Positions 49,746 to 63,132 of a stretch of DNA of 64,000 bases are shown here, piece by piece. The position numbers were made by a program, and so were the translations under genes. Source of the DNA: Hydrolagus colliei (lineage: Eukaryota); contig CM068748.1 of NCBI GenBank assembly GCA_035084275.1, positions 6,262,001 to 6,326,000 on the forward strand, written 5' to 3'. The notes under the pieces were generated by a model that did no database searches, was not told where the DNA came from, and saw nothing but the letters and a program-made list of their open reading frames with translations. The first letter of the stretch is position 1, and each line of letters opens with the position of its first letter.

Positions 49746-51039
49746 AAGGCAGTGCTGGTTAATTGAGTTTATTTACTCAGTGGCTTACTTATTGATTTGC
49801 AGCTACATACCGAATTCCTAGTGTTAAACACCAGACTTTACCATTTAAACAATGGTAAACAATGAATATTCAGTGTATCTAACAAAGCTACATTAGTTGC
49901 AATCTATCACCATCATCATCATCTCTGGAAACATGTTTATGCCTCAAGTTATAAGTTTATGCCTCCTAGTTTTCTTTCCACTTTATTGATATTAATCATA
50001 ATTCATTATGCTACCACGTTTACATGATGGGGAAACTAATAGGAAAATACAGATTTAATGATGGCAATACTGCAGGATCCTTTATTTCATGCTAAAGGGA
50101 GATTAGATAATGAACAACCTGCCTCGTTTTCATTCTGCCAGGCTACGTTTTTTTATTCTAGTCTTGTGTGCACCTAAAATAGAAACATATTATCCATCAA
50201 TCAGATTTAATAAATGCAATATGGGCTACCTCACCATCATTACACTCCAACAGTGACTTACACCCCATCTCAAAATCAGCTAATCTTTTGTATTTTTCAG
50301 TGGTTGAAATAATTATATCTGTGGTTTGAAACATTGTTATTATCGCTACTTAACAAAAGCAGCTGTAAAATGTGATCGGTAGCTTTTTGTGCACGTTCTG
50401 TTTGTCATATCCAGTCATGATCAATACCTATAATAAAAAAGCAAAATGTGCCAATTGATGTTTTGCCAGTGAAGACATTAGCATTTTTCCAGAGTTTGTA
50501 TTGTAGTAATTGAAACTTGTATTCATGTCACTCGTCGACTATAATAATAGCTTTGCAAATGTCGCAGTACCTAAGAAATGCTTTTTAATCTCAGATTGTA
50601 CTGTCAATTTATTGTAATGAATTCCATGTACTGAACCTCTTATGACACTATTTATGTATCACTGGATACTCTGAAAAATGTTCTGTGGATTATCTCTAAT
50701 CAACAATGTTATATCCACTGAGATTCAAAATTAATTGCAACTTTATTTAAATATTTCACCAGAAAATGCCCTTAAGTATTTGGAATGTGGTCTATATTTG
50801 TGCAAACAATGACATTTTCTGGTTGTGCAACATTCTGCAAATCGTATGAACATAAAACTAACACAGTTCAATGGAGACTTCAGATAGCACACAAAGGAAA
50901 CTTCAAATGCACCTTCATGACAGCTTAAAACTGTCAACTGTAAGAAAAGCTGTGTTTAAAGTCCTGCCAGGATAGGATTAATCTCATGGTACAATTTTAT
51001 AGAGTATCTGCAAAAGGAGGAATTGTCACAAAGGATAAA

Positions 51040-51108
51040 CATTTGGATAAGCGCTCCGAGACGCCATCCAGTTTGAATTGTGCTATATAAATGCAAGTTG
51101 CTGTTGGA
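51040..51108 (+). mobile_element. L2 3' tail
   Basis: aagcgctccgagacgccatcc...gtgctatataaatgcaagttgctgttg. Confidence 0.8.
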
Positions 51109-51328
51109 TAGATGTCAACTGTGGTAATTAAACTCCCAAAACAAATCCAGCCCTCAATGAGAACAGAGCTTTCCTCGTCAATCAGCGACCTCGCATACAA
51201 CTCAGGGGCACTCAGCATTCCAGAACACTTCTGCACACGTGTAGTGAATGTTCAACTCCATTTTGCAGTGAAAAGCAGTCAGAGAGATCCTTGTTATAGG
51301 TAGTGGGGAAATAAACTGCAAACCTCAC

Positions 51329-51353
51329 CATACGGTCTCTCTCTCTCTGTCAT
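51329..51353 (-). CDS. Candidate first coding exon MTERERPY (phase 1), or an exon ending at ATG; host gene unidentified
   Basis: aagcATG with A at -3; donor ATG|GTGAGG; CpG-retaining, repeat-free surroundings. Confidence 0.33.
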
Positions 51354-51790
51354 GCTTCTTTCTCTCTGTCGTTTCCAAGAAAACAAGCTGCCTTTTCTCC
51401 CGAGTCCCACTTCATAATTTAACACAGCAGCAGTGCCAGCACTGTCAAAAATAGCTGATATTCTGAGCACACAAAAAAGACAGTTTTACTAGTCCATACA
51501 CACAGGCAACAATTGACACACGAGCAGCTGCACCCTTTGTGGGTGAAGGGGGGCAATTACAATCAGCGTTTACAAGCATAATGATGAGTGAATAAATGTG
51601 ACTGTGTACAGCATAACACCTGCATCTAAATTTGCACTCTCCTGCACTTCCCTATTTTCATCCTCGCCTACCCCTATTATAGTCCCGATAATTGTCTGTG
51701 ATCTCCCCAAAGGATCTCAATGATCTCTCCAAAGGTTTCTTCAAGAGTACCCATCACCAGCTGTTATGTGATTGGCTCCACTGCCCCTAG
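51354..51790 (-). promoter_or_regulatory. Candidate 5' UTR and promoter
   Basis: Purine-rich UTR-like stretch; AGCCAATCA (NF-Y consensus, 51777-51769) and a CAGCTG E-box upstream of the donor. Confidence 0.3.
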
Positions 51791-52355
51791 CTGAATCTAT
51801 TCTCCATTTCATACACAGTAATAGTGTGGATTGTTGAACTTGACTCCTTGTGGGCAAAGAATATCTTTATTGTGGACTATCCTGAAAGATTGTGCTTTCA
51901 AAAACTGCATATTCTTGTATTTTGAATGGATCGTTTTGTATGTTAAATATCGCAGCCCATGACATAAACAAGCATACATTTATTAATTCAGTGAAACAGT
52001 GAAACAGCTATGCCCAAAAGAGGTATCTTCCACATATCTTAGCTTTCCTTTTATCTTTTCTTATTCGCCAAATAGCAAATCCCTCCCCACCCCCAATATC
52101 ATGTTATGTACATTTTTGCTAAAACCTTCAATGTAACATCATTAAATGATGATTTTAAGTAACTAAATCCCTTTAAATGTCCACTTTTATTTATTTGGTT
52201 ACTTTTTCAACCATTACAAAGCATAAAATCCAATTTGAACAGATTTATATTTGTGACTTTTACTGTGAAACTCAATATACTGCTGAGACCAATCATGTTT
52301 GAAGGTTACGGAAAAATATGAAGATCTAGATTATATTCCAGACTTTAGAAAACAC

Positions 52356-52680
52356 TAATCAATCAATCAAAACTTACATTTATATAGTGCCTTTCACGTC
52401 GGAACGACGTCCCAAGGCGCTGTACAGTTAGGTAGGGACAAGGGCAGGGGGGGAGGGGTTGGGGCAGGATGAAGGAGAGTAGGAAAATTGACTGTATATT
52501 TGTGGGCGAAACGCGGCAGTCAAATTGCGCACAGCAGTGTCCCACAAACAGTCATGGAAGTGGGATAAGGGAAATGGGGGGGAAAAGATGGCAAGGGAAG
52601 GGGGAGGGGCAGGGGGAAGGAGAGCAGGAAAGCCGACTGTACACTTGTGGGTGAAACTCGGCAGCCAAATGTAAAAACCA
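52356..52680 (-). mobile_element. GATT-tail SINE subfamily with a duplicated body segment
   Basis: aatcaatcaatcaaaacttacatttatatagtgcc...; gactgta.a.ttgtggg.gaaac.cggcag occurs twice. Confidence 0.85.
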
Positions 52681-53239
52681 GGCCTTTTTTTTTACGTAAT
52701 CTCTCTTGTGAAACATAGAAAATCCAATAGTTTTCCAGGATATATTCTCCCCAGGATCCATTTTTCAGATGTCTCAAAATGGCTTTCTGTAAAATTTTAA
52801 GATGTATTGTGATTCTGCACCTCAACATCTTAAATTTGCAGTCATCCCATTGTGCATTTCTACATTCCTGATATTTTTTTCTTTATACTTCAATCAATGC
52901 TGTTCAATGGTTCACGGTTCATAAATATATTTATATTTTAAAAGATTCTACATAGTATTAGATCTGCAGTGCTTCCTGATTTTGTGGAATTGGTATATGT
53001 AGCGGGATTCAAAATGAGATATATATTCCAGGCCAAATGTTGCTCCACACAGTCAAAATTGATGCTGAGATGCTAGGACAATTCTATAAGAAAACATTTG
53101 GTCAAAATAAGTGATCTGTGATTTTTAAAAAAACACGATTTAAAGATCAATTGCTTTAGAAGCAGGCAGAAGTTGGAAACGTTTGAGGGACAACAATGTT
53201 ATACACATTGTCATAGCATTAGCATACCTTAAATTGGTT

Positions 53240-53500
53240 TTATTCTTTGTGTGTAATTGATGGTGTCCTATTAGTTGTGGAAATAAAAGAATTATTCCTT
53301 CTTCTAAAGAATCATGTGGACTTTCTTCAGGTGGATCTGAGAAAGCAGGAAACCTATTCTGATAGGTATGTAACACTGCCTTCCATTGGTGATGATGAGC
53401 ATCTCCTTAATTATAACCACAAAATCCTGTGGATTTAGCAAAGCCCTGGCTATAGGATTTTGCACAAGAGGAGAATGCAAGTTGAAAAGTATCCTGAATT
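53240..53500 (+). mobile_element. Possible Penelope linker fossil (tentative)
   Basis: GGSEKAGNLF then SIGDDEHLL..ILWI*QSP (cf. PGAEKLRHVL..IDDDEHL..LLAFKQPP). Confidence 0.3.
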
Positions 53501-54480
53501 GTTGAAGCTTATTTTTGGACCTTTGAGAAATAACTTCACAGTTGAAAACTAATGTCACATTTTATCATAAATCTTAAAAAGACTTGTGTGAAATTGCCTG
53601 TAGTTTTTGTTTTCCCACCAATTCATAGGACTGAACTGAAGCTGGAGGCATTACCATAAGTCTTGTAATATGTGACTACATTATAGACTCACCAATGGGA
53701 TTTAAGTTAATGCACATAGATGAATGTACACAGGATGATCAACAGAGTCTTAAATGATTAAACCTAATAAAGCTCCCTTATGCCTACTAATGTTTTATAA
53801 ACCATTATAAATCATCATAATCATTTCCTCTACAAATGACTTCATTATTGTCTGGACTATTTATAGGAATGATGAGTTAAGAAGGAACATTTCACTTTAC
53901 ACTGAATCTATAAATATTAAATAAATCTCTGTTTCCTTTTAATAATGGAAGTAATAGGGCCAGTAGAAACAATGCATATATTAAAAATAGTCTGATGATG
54001 ACAAATAATCAAACTAGCAATACTTTTACAATTGCAGTTTTATAACAGTTATATTTAATATCACTATTTTGTGCCTACACAGTACACATGTCTGCCTCCT
54101 AATGAAGCTTTCAGTTCCTTGGATACAATTTCAGTAAGGTGGTGTCGATAACATTGCCACACACATAAAAATCTTTAACAATAACACTGAAGTGATATGG
54201 ACACCCAAGAAACAGTGATAGCTACAAAATGTTTAAACACTCACTTCACAGTGCAGTGTTTGATCTAAAAATAGGAAGAAATAAGTGTACTTTCCTCACC
54301 CATGTTTTTGTATACAAATATAACACTGTGAGTTTTAAATAGTTTTACTTTTATTTAACCACTTAAGTTGTAGCTATTTAAATATAATTAACCATTTGAA
54401 ATGTACAGTGAATGTCAAAAACATTCTAGGTTTTATGGCTTTCCCAGAGCCTTACCCATATGTATTCCATATTCCAAACA

Positions 54481-54770
54481 TAATAATAATAATTTTGCAT
54501 TTGATGTAGGTCCTTGTCATGTCTTCAACATATCTCAAAGTGCTTCACAGAATATGTTCTAAAGTGTAGTGACAGTTTATTTTGTGGGCAAGCTCGCAGC
54601 CAATTGCACACAGCAGTGTTCCAAAAACAGTCATATATTGAGTGACCAAATTACTATTTACAAAAAAGTAAATTAAAATATTTGAAGGGATTATTATTAC
54701 ATCCCAGAAAACAATGCACCAATCGACTAACATCAGGGATCCAACCTACTTCTAGGTAAACAGAGGAGAA
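54481..54770 (-). mobile_element. Long-linker SINE variant without its head
   Basis: TTA tail, Deu 3' part, and linker gggattattattacatcccagaaaac...atcgactaac shared with ~44290-44370. Confidence 0.8.
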
Positions 54771-54789
54771 ATACCTGAAGCAACATATT

Positions 54790-54860
54790 GCTGTTGTTGA
54801 GACATCTCAACGACGTGATAAAACACAATATTGAATGTAATGATTAAGGATTATTATGAC
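54790..54860 (+). mobile_element. SINE tail
   Basis: ttgagacatctcaacgacgtgataaaacac...aaggattattat. Confidence 0.6.
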
Positions 54861-55479
54861 TCTTCACACAAAAACATTTTTTTTAATATAGTACGGCTGA
54901 AAAAGAGTAGACATAGTTTGCTTTTCTCATGCTTTTCTCATGCCAAATCCTGACAAGTACCTTTTGTCACAATTCATTTCTCTTTGTATACTGTTCCATA
55001 ATTCTGAAATTGCCCATTTCCTCAATGAGGACTGTCCTATTAGTATCTTTGCTACTCAGATAGTTTCTGTTTGTGTAACTATAAATATTCTAAAATAAAT
55101 ATTTTAGAATCACAAGCTGTCAAGTGCAGAGATAAAAATAAAGAGAAAATTCAGGTTGTTGCCAGGCAAAACCCATTTTGTCCTCAATGCGATATTAATA
55201 AAGTAGATTTTTTTGTGTATTACCACAGGAGTCCAGATGGAAGATCCAGAATGACAATCTCTCTGTTTGACTCCTGATCAATTGACGTTTCATTGGCTGC
55301 CCCCAAGCATTTTTTACATTGATGTCATAATGCCATTAGAATGCAATGGTTCAAAAAGGGAAGTAATGTGTAAAAGTTTTAAAAATCAATATAAATTTCC
55401 GAATACCATATCTGGTTTTACTGCATTGTTGAATTCCACAATCTGGACAGAGAGACGTCTGTGATGGTGGAGCATCTCC

Positions 55480-55540
55480 TCCCATGGGACATCCTCCCGG
55501 CATGAAAGGCACAATACAAAATGTAATTGTGTATTGTTAT
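55480..55540 (+). mobile_element. L2/SINE tail
   Basis: tgggacatcctcccggcatgaaaggcacaatacaaaatgtaattgtgtattgtt. Confidence 0.65.
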
Positions 55541-57699
55541 ACCCTGCTCCAGATGGAGGTGAGGCGTGACGCACCCAAAGACCAAAGAGGGGACCCAGGC
55601 CTCTAAGGTGAGATGACACTACAGATATCCTGGAGCGCATTCTCGAGTACTGGGACATTATTAAGGCACTGGAGTCCTTGGCAGAATGGGAGCTATTATA
55701 GATGGGGGGGGAATCCCCATTCCATTTGGTAACTGAGCCGAAAGGGATACATGACCAGGCGATGCCCCCAAATGAAAGGCAGCAAAATAAAATGGTGCGG
55801 TTAAGCAAAACATGCCTTTTAAACTGCCATGTCAAATGAGAGGGGCAGTGGGAAGTCAGCAGGAAAGGAAAGGAAACAATTTGCATCACAGTTTGCATTT
55901 ATAATCGTTGAGAACACAATGGGTTTAGCTTGGCAACAACTTCGGCTGAACTGAAGCAGCCAAGGAGAAAATGGAAGCAGGGAATGATGCTCAAATGGTG
56001 AATGTCTCGTCTGATCTTAGCCACCTAGAATGCAGAATGCATTGGTCCTAGAATGCATTGCACAGTCAGTTACTAAAGGCTTGTGCAAATGGAGTCCTCA
56101 GTCACCATGCATTGGACAAAGAGAATAGGGCCTGGAGAAACAGTGGAACTTGCCAACGTTAGGCTTCAGGCAACTATGGACCAGATGACATTGGTCCATG
56201 GGCTCCCAGGTGGAGATCAAGAGTGTCTTAGCAGATGTGTTGGTAACAGAGATCAAAAACGATCTCAACCTACATCTGAGCATAATGAAGACCTAGGGTT
56301 TTCTGGTGGGGTCTGTTCTACACGATTCAGAGGTAGATCATATCGGATAGGGATTCTAAGCGACATAATATAAAATGTAAATGGTATGGCATTGTGTAAC
56401 CTTCAAAGTAAGCAGTAAGGATAAAAGTAAATTGTACTTTGCATAACCAATACATACACAGTGAAAGTGCTACATTTAAGTGCTGTTTTCAAGAGTAATA
56501 CATAAATTGGGCCATAAAGAGTGCCATGTTGTAAATTGGATATTTGGATGGGTTATCTATTAGTGAGAAGCTATAAACAATGCATTTTATGATAGCGGTC
56601 ATTGTATATCAATGTCACCTGTGTCTCTTCTGCTTAGTTGATCCAAAAATCAAAAATCTGTATTTGGTAAGTATTCTGAGACATTATCCTATGTAGAGAG
56701 TGTTATATTAATGCAAGTTGTTGTTGTGCATAAATTACTAATTACACTTTTGACACATAATCTAATTTGGAAATGTACTGAGCAGAATAATTTTGCTTTA
56801 TGAAAAGCTAACGTGCCTTTTTTCAATATGCTGGATCTTATTGAAAATGCTATATTATTGTACAATAAGAGCAAATTTCCCATTAACTGTATCATGATTA
56901 TAATTTGATATTAGTAGAACATGGGCAATAGCCAAGTTTCCTAACCACTATAAAATACTGAATTCATCTATTCCTAGTTACTGTTTCATAATAAATCTCA
57001 GCTAACACATTATGTGTTAGTCATAAGAAGTACATGTCTCCCTGAAATGTCATTATTGCACTGTGTAATTTCAATGTCAAGTAATAGCAGAGGCATTATC
57101 CATTAAATCAATGTCCTGAGGCACAAAACCCACATACAAGTATTACAAGAAAAGCTACAGATCGTGTAATGAAACTTTCTGTAATATTTCTAAGCATGAA
57201 TAAATCCATGGTTTGTTAAATATATAAATCAACTCTCCTGGGGCTGCTGAGCAGTTTGAGATTGTACATTTTATCACAGCTTGAGAGGGTTATGAGTCAT
57301 AAATGCTGTTTATATTTATAAACAAAGAATTTATAAAATAATACATTAAAGTATGTTTGAGAAAACAGTTTGCAATGTAGCCTGGAACTCTATTACTTTC
57401 CTGTTGCATTTATATTAATAATTATTATTATATTAATAATGATGCATTTGAATAAATAACTAAGCACCCAACACTAAAACATGACAGGTTGTTGTTTAAA
57501 TTCTGTGAACTTCATCAACAGTTTTGCATTTATAATATTCTTTTTTAGGTTTGACAAGATGAGTCTTTACTCAATCCTCAAATTGTGGGAAACAGAGATG
57601 TCTCATAGGGAATATTTTAGAGATCCATAAGAAATTAATTAAGAATCTTAAGAATTAAAAATGTATCTGACATTTTATACTTTATAATCAACATAATCT

Positions 57700-57765
57700 C
57701 CCTACCAACCTGCCCACTCCCTCCGTTCAGTGGGCTCCAGTCTGCTCCATATCTACCGCCTGATC
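57700..57765 (+). mobile_element. Short L2 ORF2 fragment
   Basis: ccctaccaacctgcccactccctccgttcagtgggctccagtctgctccatatc, near-identical in design to 45843-45900. Confidence 0.65.
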
Positions 57766-58559
57766 CACAAACACAAGTAGTATTTTGTGCTCAATGAAAC
57801 CATAACTGTGACAAGCATTTCTGCCATTTTGCCAATCTATTCAACATTCCTTGTAGTCAATTTCTCAGTAGTGTGTATTCATTCAGCACATGGTACAATT
57901 ATACCATTGACCAGCAAGCTTATCTTTGCAAAGAAGGTAAATTCGGGGTAAAAAGGACATACACTAGAAAATATTTCTTTGCACACATCTAGTTAAAGAC
58001 ATGTTTTCCCGAAGGTTAGTTGAGATCAAGATATTGGACTCATGTAATGTTGATGCAGTTTGATGCTGTAATGGGAATATGGTAAGGTGGGTAATCTGGA
58101 AAAATCAGAACAAATAGCCTGAAGTGTTTTCTTCAGACCAACCAATAGTGTGATGTTGTGTATTTCCCAAGAAAAACAGCATTGAAATATTTTTTTGCGT
58201 GGGAACTGCAAAAGACATGTTCAGGTTAGCCTGTTTCTTGCTGTTCCAACAACAGGATAATTTCCGGAAAGGAAATTTGTCTATTTTTCATTGCAGGTTG
58301 CAAGTGGAGGCAACCTTCCCTGAAACCCCCAAGTGACTTTCCATTCTCAACAATATTTCTGTTTACCCCACAATGTGAGATGGTCAAATTAAAAGAAAAA
58401 GAAAAATCGTTTTCCCAAAAGATTCAGTTTGTGATTTTGTTAAATATAAAAGACAATCTTCGAAGCAGAAACCTTAATTTGCTTTTTTTGGGAGGGGTGT
58501 TGGGGGGAATGGTGGGGCGAAGGCTTGATTAACCTGAGGACAGTTTGTAAGTTTTTTTT

Positions 58560-58900
58560 AAGGTTCAGAGTAATGCATATAGTGCAGTGTTTTAGAACAC
58601 TGCATTTTTACCTGTGGGATTTGAGCTCGAATGAAATCCAGATTGATGAGCTGAAAGTCTCTCTGTAACAGTTGGTAAGGTCCCTAAGATAAATGAGTTT
58701 GGACAGTCTCAACTCAGTTCCCAGTGGGCTGAAGCAGAAAGCACAAAACTGCCCATAATTCAGCACTAATTGGCATGAGTTGGGCAATCTCACACAGAGA
58801 AGTGAAAAGCATGACTGGTATGGGAAATATGAATGTAATGCAAGTGCAGTAAGTGATGCCCTCTTGAGTTTTAAATTAAGGCATGTTGTAAAGTGCAGTG
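58560..58900 (+). mobile_element. LF-SINE-like element
   Basis: Collinear blocks recalled from the LF-SINE consensus: ctcgaat..ccag..ctgaaagtc; aaatgagtttgg..gtctca..cagttcccagtgg; gcactaattggca..tgggcaatctca.cagaga; gatgccctc..aaggca. Confidence 0.6.
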
Positions 58901-60469
58901 CAGCCACAATGTCAAATTGTGTCTTAACCTAGTTTGTACATAGTAAATGGCTAAATTGTGTCACTGGGTGAAAAGACAACAAATAGTCCACCCGCCACCT
59001 CTACCATTCATCACCTTAAAATGCATTTTTTTTACTACAAGTAATAATGTACTTTTGACACTGAACTAGTCAAAATCTAGTTCTAATTTGTTTCCCTATC
59101 CTAGGTTGACCTTTGTGACTTACGAACAGATGGCATGGAATTCATCTTGCCAAACTGCAGCACGTTTGTCGATGTATGCTTATGTGCTTATTATAATTTT
59201 AACCTATTCAAAATTGTTGTCATGAAAAGGGATCTACCATCCATCTTAACTGCCCAATAAAAAAATTATTTATGCCCTGGTGTCAAGTACTCCGGGACAT
59301 TACCTCACGTGAAGGATGCTATATAAGTGTTGTTGTTGTTATGGTTTGTCTTAAAGTTCTCTAAACTTCAGTCAGTAGAGTATTTTCCCATACTATTCAC
59401 AGTTTGAAATAACAAGTTAAGTATAATTCTTTAGTGGAATCTTAGCTTGAGAAATCCTATATTATGAGAAATGTAGACATTTCCTACAAAGATTGTGGAT
59501 CAAATTTATTCTGGACTTGTTTTTACAGCCAGTTTTGCCCATCATGGTCATTTGTGAAATAATTTTTTCATTAAATGTAGAATTTTTCCATCTACTCATG
59601 GTTGGTGCTTTTAAATTTCCTCTAGGGAGCTGAGTTATTTATACTCCAAGTACAGAAGCATTGATAAAAATAATAACCACAAACACATACTCTCAAATAT
59701 TTATAAAGTTAACTTTTCCTCTGCTGAATTGTACAGATGGACTCCATACATACGCACACACATTAATGATGATATAGAATATTCATGGAGGCACATTATG
59801 AAGGAGAAAAAATGTAAGAAATTACTATTAATGTGAGTGGGAAGTGCTAGCTTTCAAATTAGATTTGTCTGTAATTAAACACTGGCCAATCTCGATGCAG
59901 AGGATAGTGACACTAAAGAGACCACATTGCAGCAATACCACACCATCAATCATTCTTTTATACAAAAAAGGAAAGAATTTTCAGACATACACATTATCTC
60001 CCAATGGAGAAATACTTCTGAACATCCTTTGTGCCTCTGTGAGACATAAATCCTGTTGGAGAAAATTGCCTTTAATCTTGTACTATGTGTGCCTTTTCCT
60101 CCCTACTGCACTTACGCAATATCGTGGCACCCAAAAGTGAGCTGGAAATCTATTTAAATGATCTGAAGAATGCTTAATTGACCGCACTGGCCTCTATGCT
60201 GCTCCATCTACAAAACAAGTGCCCTGTGACTGAGGTTAGCATTGCCCTTGATGCCCCCAAAGAGCTCATTCATCAAGTGTTAACCTTGATTCATCACCCT
60301 TTGCTATTCTTTACTTTGACTGATTATGCTGCACGATAGCAACTTACGGGATTGCTTCAAATACCAGTGAGTTGATCTTGTAGGGGTTCTTCATCTCAAT
60401 GAACCTTATTTCTATCAAATAATATCTGTACGCCATGCTAAAATGATTAGTACAGTGTCCAACAATGAT

Positions 60470-60770
60470 AATGGAAGCAAAAAGGATGCTGGTGTGGCGT
60501 AGCTAAAGATAACACAGGTCACAAGAATTGTGCTGAGCTTGTACAAAACACTAGAGAATTGCATACCATTCTGGTGAATGAAATAAGTAAGGACAGGTTT
60601 GCATTGCAGGGGATACAGTGAAGGGTATTAAGATTGATAGATGTTATCTGGGTTACGAGGAGAGCCTATAGAAACTGAGAAAGTTCACACAAAAGAAGCG
60701 AGAGCTGAGGGATATTACTGAATATTCGAGATCACCAAAGATATAGAGGGACAGTACCTAAACGAATATG
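60470..60770 (+). mobile_element. Old CR1 RT C-terminal fragment
   Basis: aggatgctgg, gtgctgagcttgtacaaaacacta (VLSLYKTL), ccattctgg (PFW), tacgaggagagccta (YEESL) and gagctgagggatatt. Confidence 0.7.
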
Positions 60771-61399
60771 CTTAACATCATCAAAAGTCTAGAAAGAAAG
60801 TGATATGTACCTTGGTTCTATCGTACAAAAAATGATTGTCCAGGTTCATATGTTTCTCGTGGTAGGAAAACCTTCTCAGGTCACGTTCAAAGTGCTGCAT
60901 AAACGATAAGATACAAAAAAGTCATTATTACTTCCTATTACTGTTGACAAAATTTGTCATCACAATGTCAGGCATCCAGTAAAAATGGTGCTTTTCAGAA
61001 GTAGTTATGAAAGTTTTTCTGCTACTGTTTCAGTGTACCACAACGGGAAAACATTTCTGTACTTGTTAAGTTCAGAAGTAAATGCCTCCACTTCCCTTGC
61101 AGGGAGATTCTAAGAGGATAAGTCTATCTGTAGCCTCTCACATTGAGCACCAGATGGCCATCAAACGAGAAGCTGTAACACTCAGCCAGCACATGGGGAC
61201 CTTCATGTGGTAATCAAAGAAGAGAAGCAAAATGCCTGAATAGAGGAAGAAAGCTTTCCTATCAAAGATTTTCAAGGTGTATTTTTTTAAGAAAAAGTAT
61301 CTAGCAAATCTTTTCATCTGGTACAGGTAGGAGGCAAACATTAAAAACAATATTTTTTTCACAATCCTGCAAACCTACCACCTTAGCAGCTGTGTCTAC

Positions 61400-61700
61400 T
61401 CAGCCAACACTTTATGCTTTATGTCTCTTGCCCAATCCATCCAACATCTGTGGACAAGATTTCTCATCCATTCTTCCATTGCAACATATCCAAGAAAATG
61501 GTATTTGCTGATGTTCTATGGAACTCTATCCCAAATTGCCTCTGAAAGCGCTTTACAAATTTAATTTGTTGTTGTTGCCTCAGTCCTTCCCTCCCTCCTA
61601 TTAAACCCGCCTTCAGCCCTATCTTTTCAACTGTGCTTTTAATCATTTTGCTTCTTCCAACATGAAAGGCGCTATATCAAATGAAGGATTATTATTATTT
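61400..61700 (+). mobile_element. Decayed L2 3' fragment with TTA-type tail
   Basis: ctatggaactctatccca (LWNSIP), ctatcttttcaactgtgcttt and atgaaaggcgctatatcaaatgaaggattattatt. Confidence 0.55.
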
Positions 61701-63071
61701 ATTCACTTACATTCAATTTTCGCACCTGCAATATTAGAATGTCAAAATTATTAATCACAAAATATTGCATGTTCACATGTTAATCACATATTGCATCGAT
61801 ATAGTTGATATACTGTATACTACACACATTTCTCTACAAATGGGATAATTCAGTGAAGATTGATAAATTTGTTGATCTTACCCTCTGGTCAGTAAATTTA
61901 CTAATTGAATGAGTTTATGACTTTTAAATTGCATCACAAACTCACTCTGTCAAGGTTTGTAGGCAATTGGAGAATTAGAATCATAATATGTAATTATGAG
62001 TCTAATTCTTAAGTGTTCTAGAATTATACCCTGGGTGAGGTGTGCTATATAAACGCAAGTTGTTGTTTTCTATGCTCACTTCATTCAGTACCTCTATATG
62101 TGATTTTATTGTATAGTGTATATCGAAAGACTAATAACAGATTTAATTAAATTCCTAATGCTTCTATGTATATTTCCAATTCAAGATAAAGTGTAGTTAA
62201 AAATGTCCCTGAACATCAATGTCCCCGAGCTGGCTTGTTTTGGGCCGAGCTAGCACATCTGAAATGCTAAGGCTCCAAATAATCATAAATGTCCCCATAG
62301 TACTGTATTTTGAAAATTGCCGTGATATATTTAGCCCTCATGGGCGTTTTAGTATAAAATGAACAGTTGCCAGACATTTTCATGCCAACTGATTCATGAG
62401 AAAACAAACTATGAAGCTATCACAAGGGGAAACAGATGCACTTGCTTTATAGGGTTGATAATTCAGTTGTCTTTACGCATTGGCTTTGACTTCAGCTTGT
62501 GAGGGTCAGAACATTTCAGGTCTATGTGTAACCAAATATGAAGCCATCTCCAATTTCAGCAATATGTATATCTCCGGACTACAGGGAGTATAACATATCA
62601 ACACAACTGCATTATTAGGGTAGATGGTTTTTTACAAACCTATAAATTCTGTGAGACCTCCCTTGATTTATTTTTTTGCCAATTCATTCAGGATTGAAAA
62701 TAATATGTATGACTATGAGATTGCTATTGACCATACTCTTTACCTCCCTCCACCACACTCACCCAAAAATACTGCAGAAACGGTACATTTAAATTATGAA
62801 AACATTGGATGAATGTACAGTATATTCTGGATTTTTTGCTTGATTATTTCTGGGGTTCAGGAAATATCTATGCTCACTTACTTGCAATTTTGAGTAGTAA
62901 ATAAAAAATGCGTAGAGACACCATCGTTGAGCATCAATACTGATGTGATCTCCATACTCAGATTTACATGGAGCATGTACTTTGACCTTTTTGTGTACGT
63001 ATGTACTTTGATCTTTTTGTATGTTTGTTAGTAAAATGTTAAGATGAAAATCTAGTGTTTTTCATGAAAAG

Positions 63072-63132
63072 TAAGTGGGACATCCTCCTGACGTGAAAGG
63101 CGCTACACAAACGTAATTTTGTTGTTGTTGTA
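63072..63132 (+). mobile_element. L2/SINE tail
   Basis: gtgggacatcctcctgacgtgaaaggcgctacacaaacgtaattttgttgttgttg. Confidence 0.75.

Noticed and set aside
55386-55898. 170-aa minus-strand ORF
   Set aside because: Crosses an L2 tail in antisense; no recognisable domain and no convincing splice sites.
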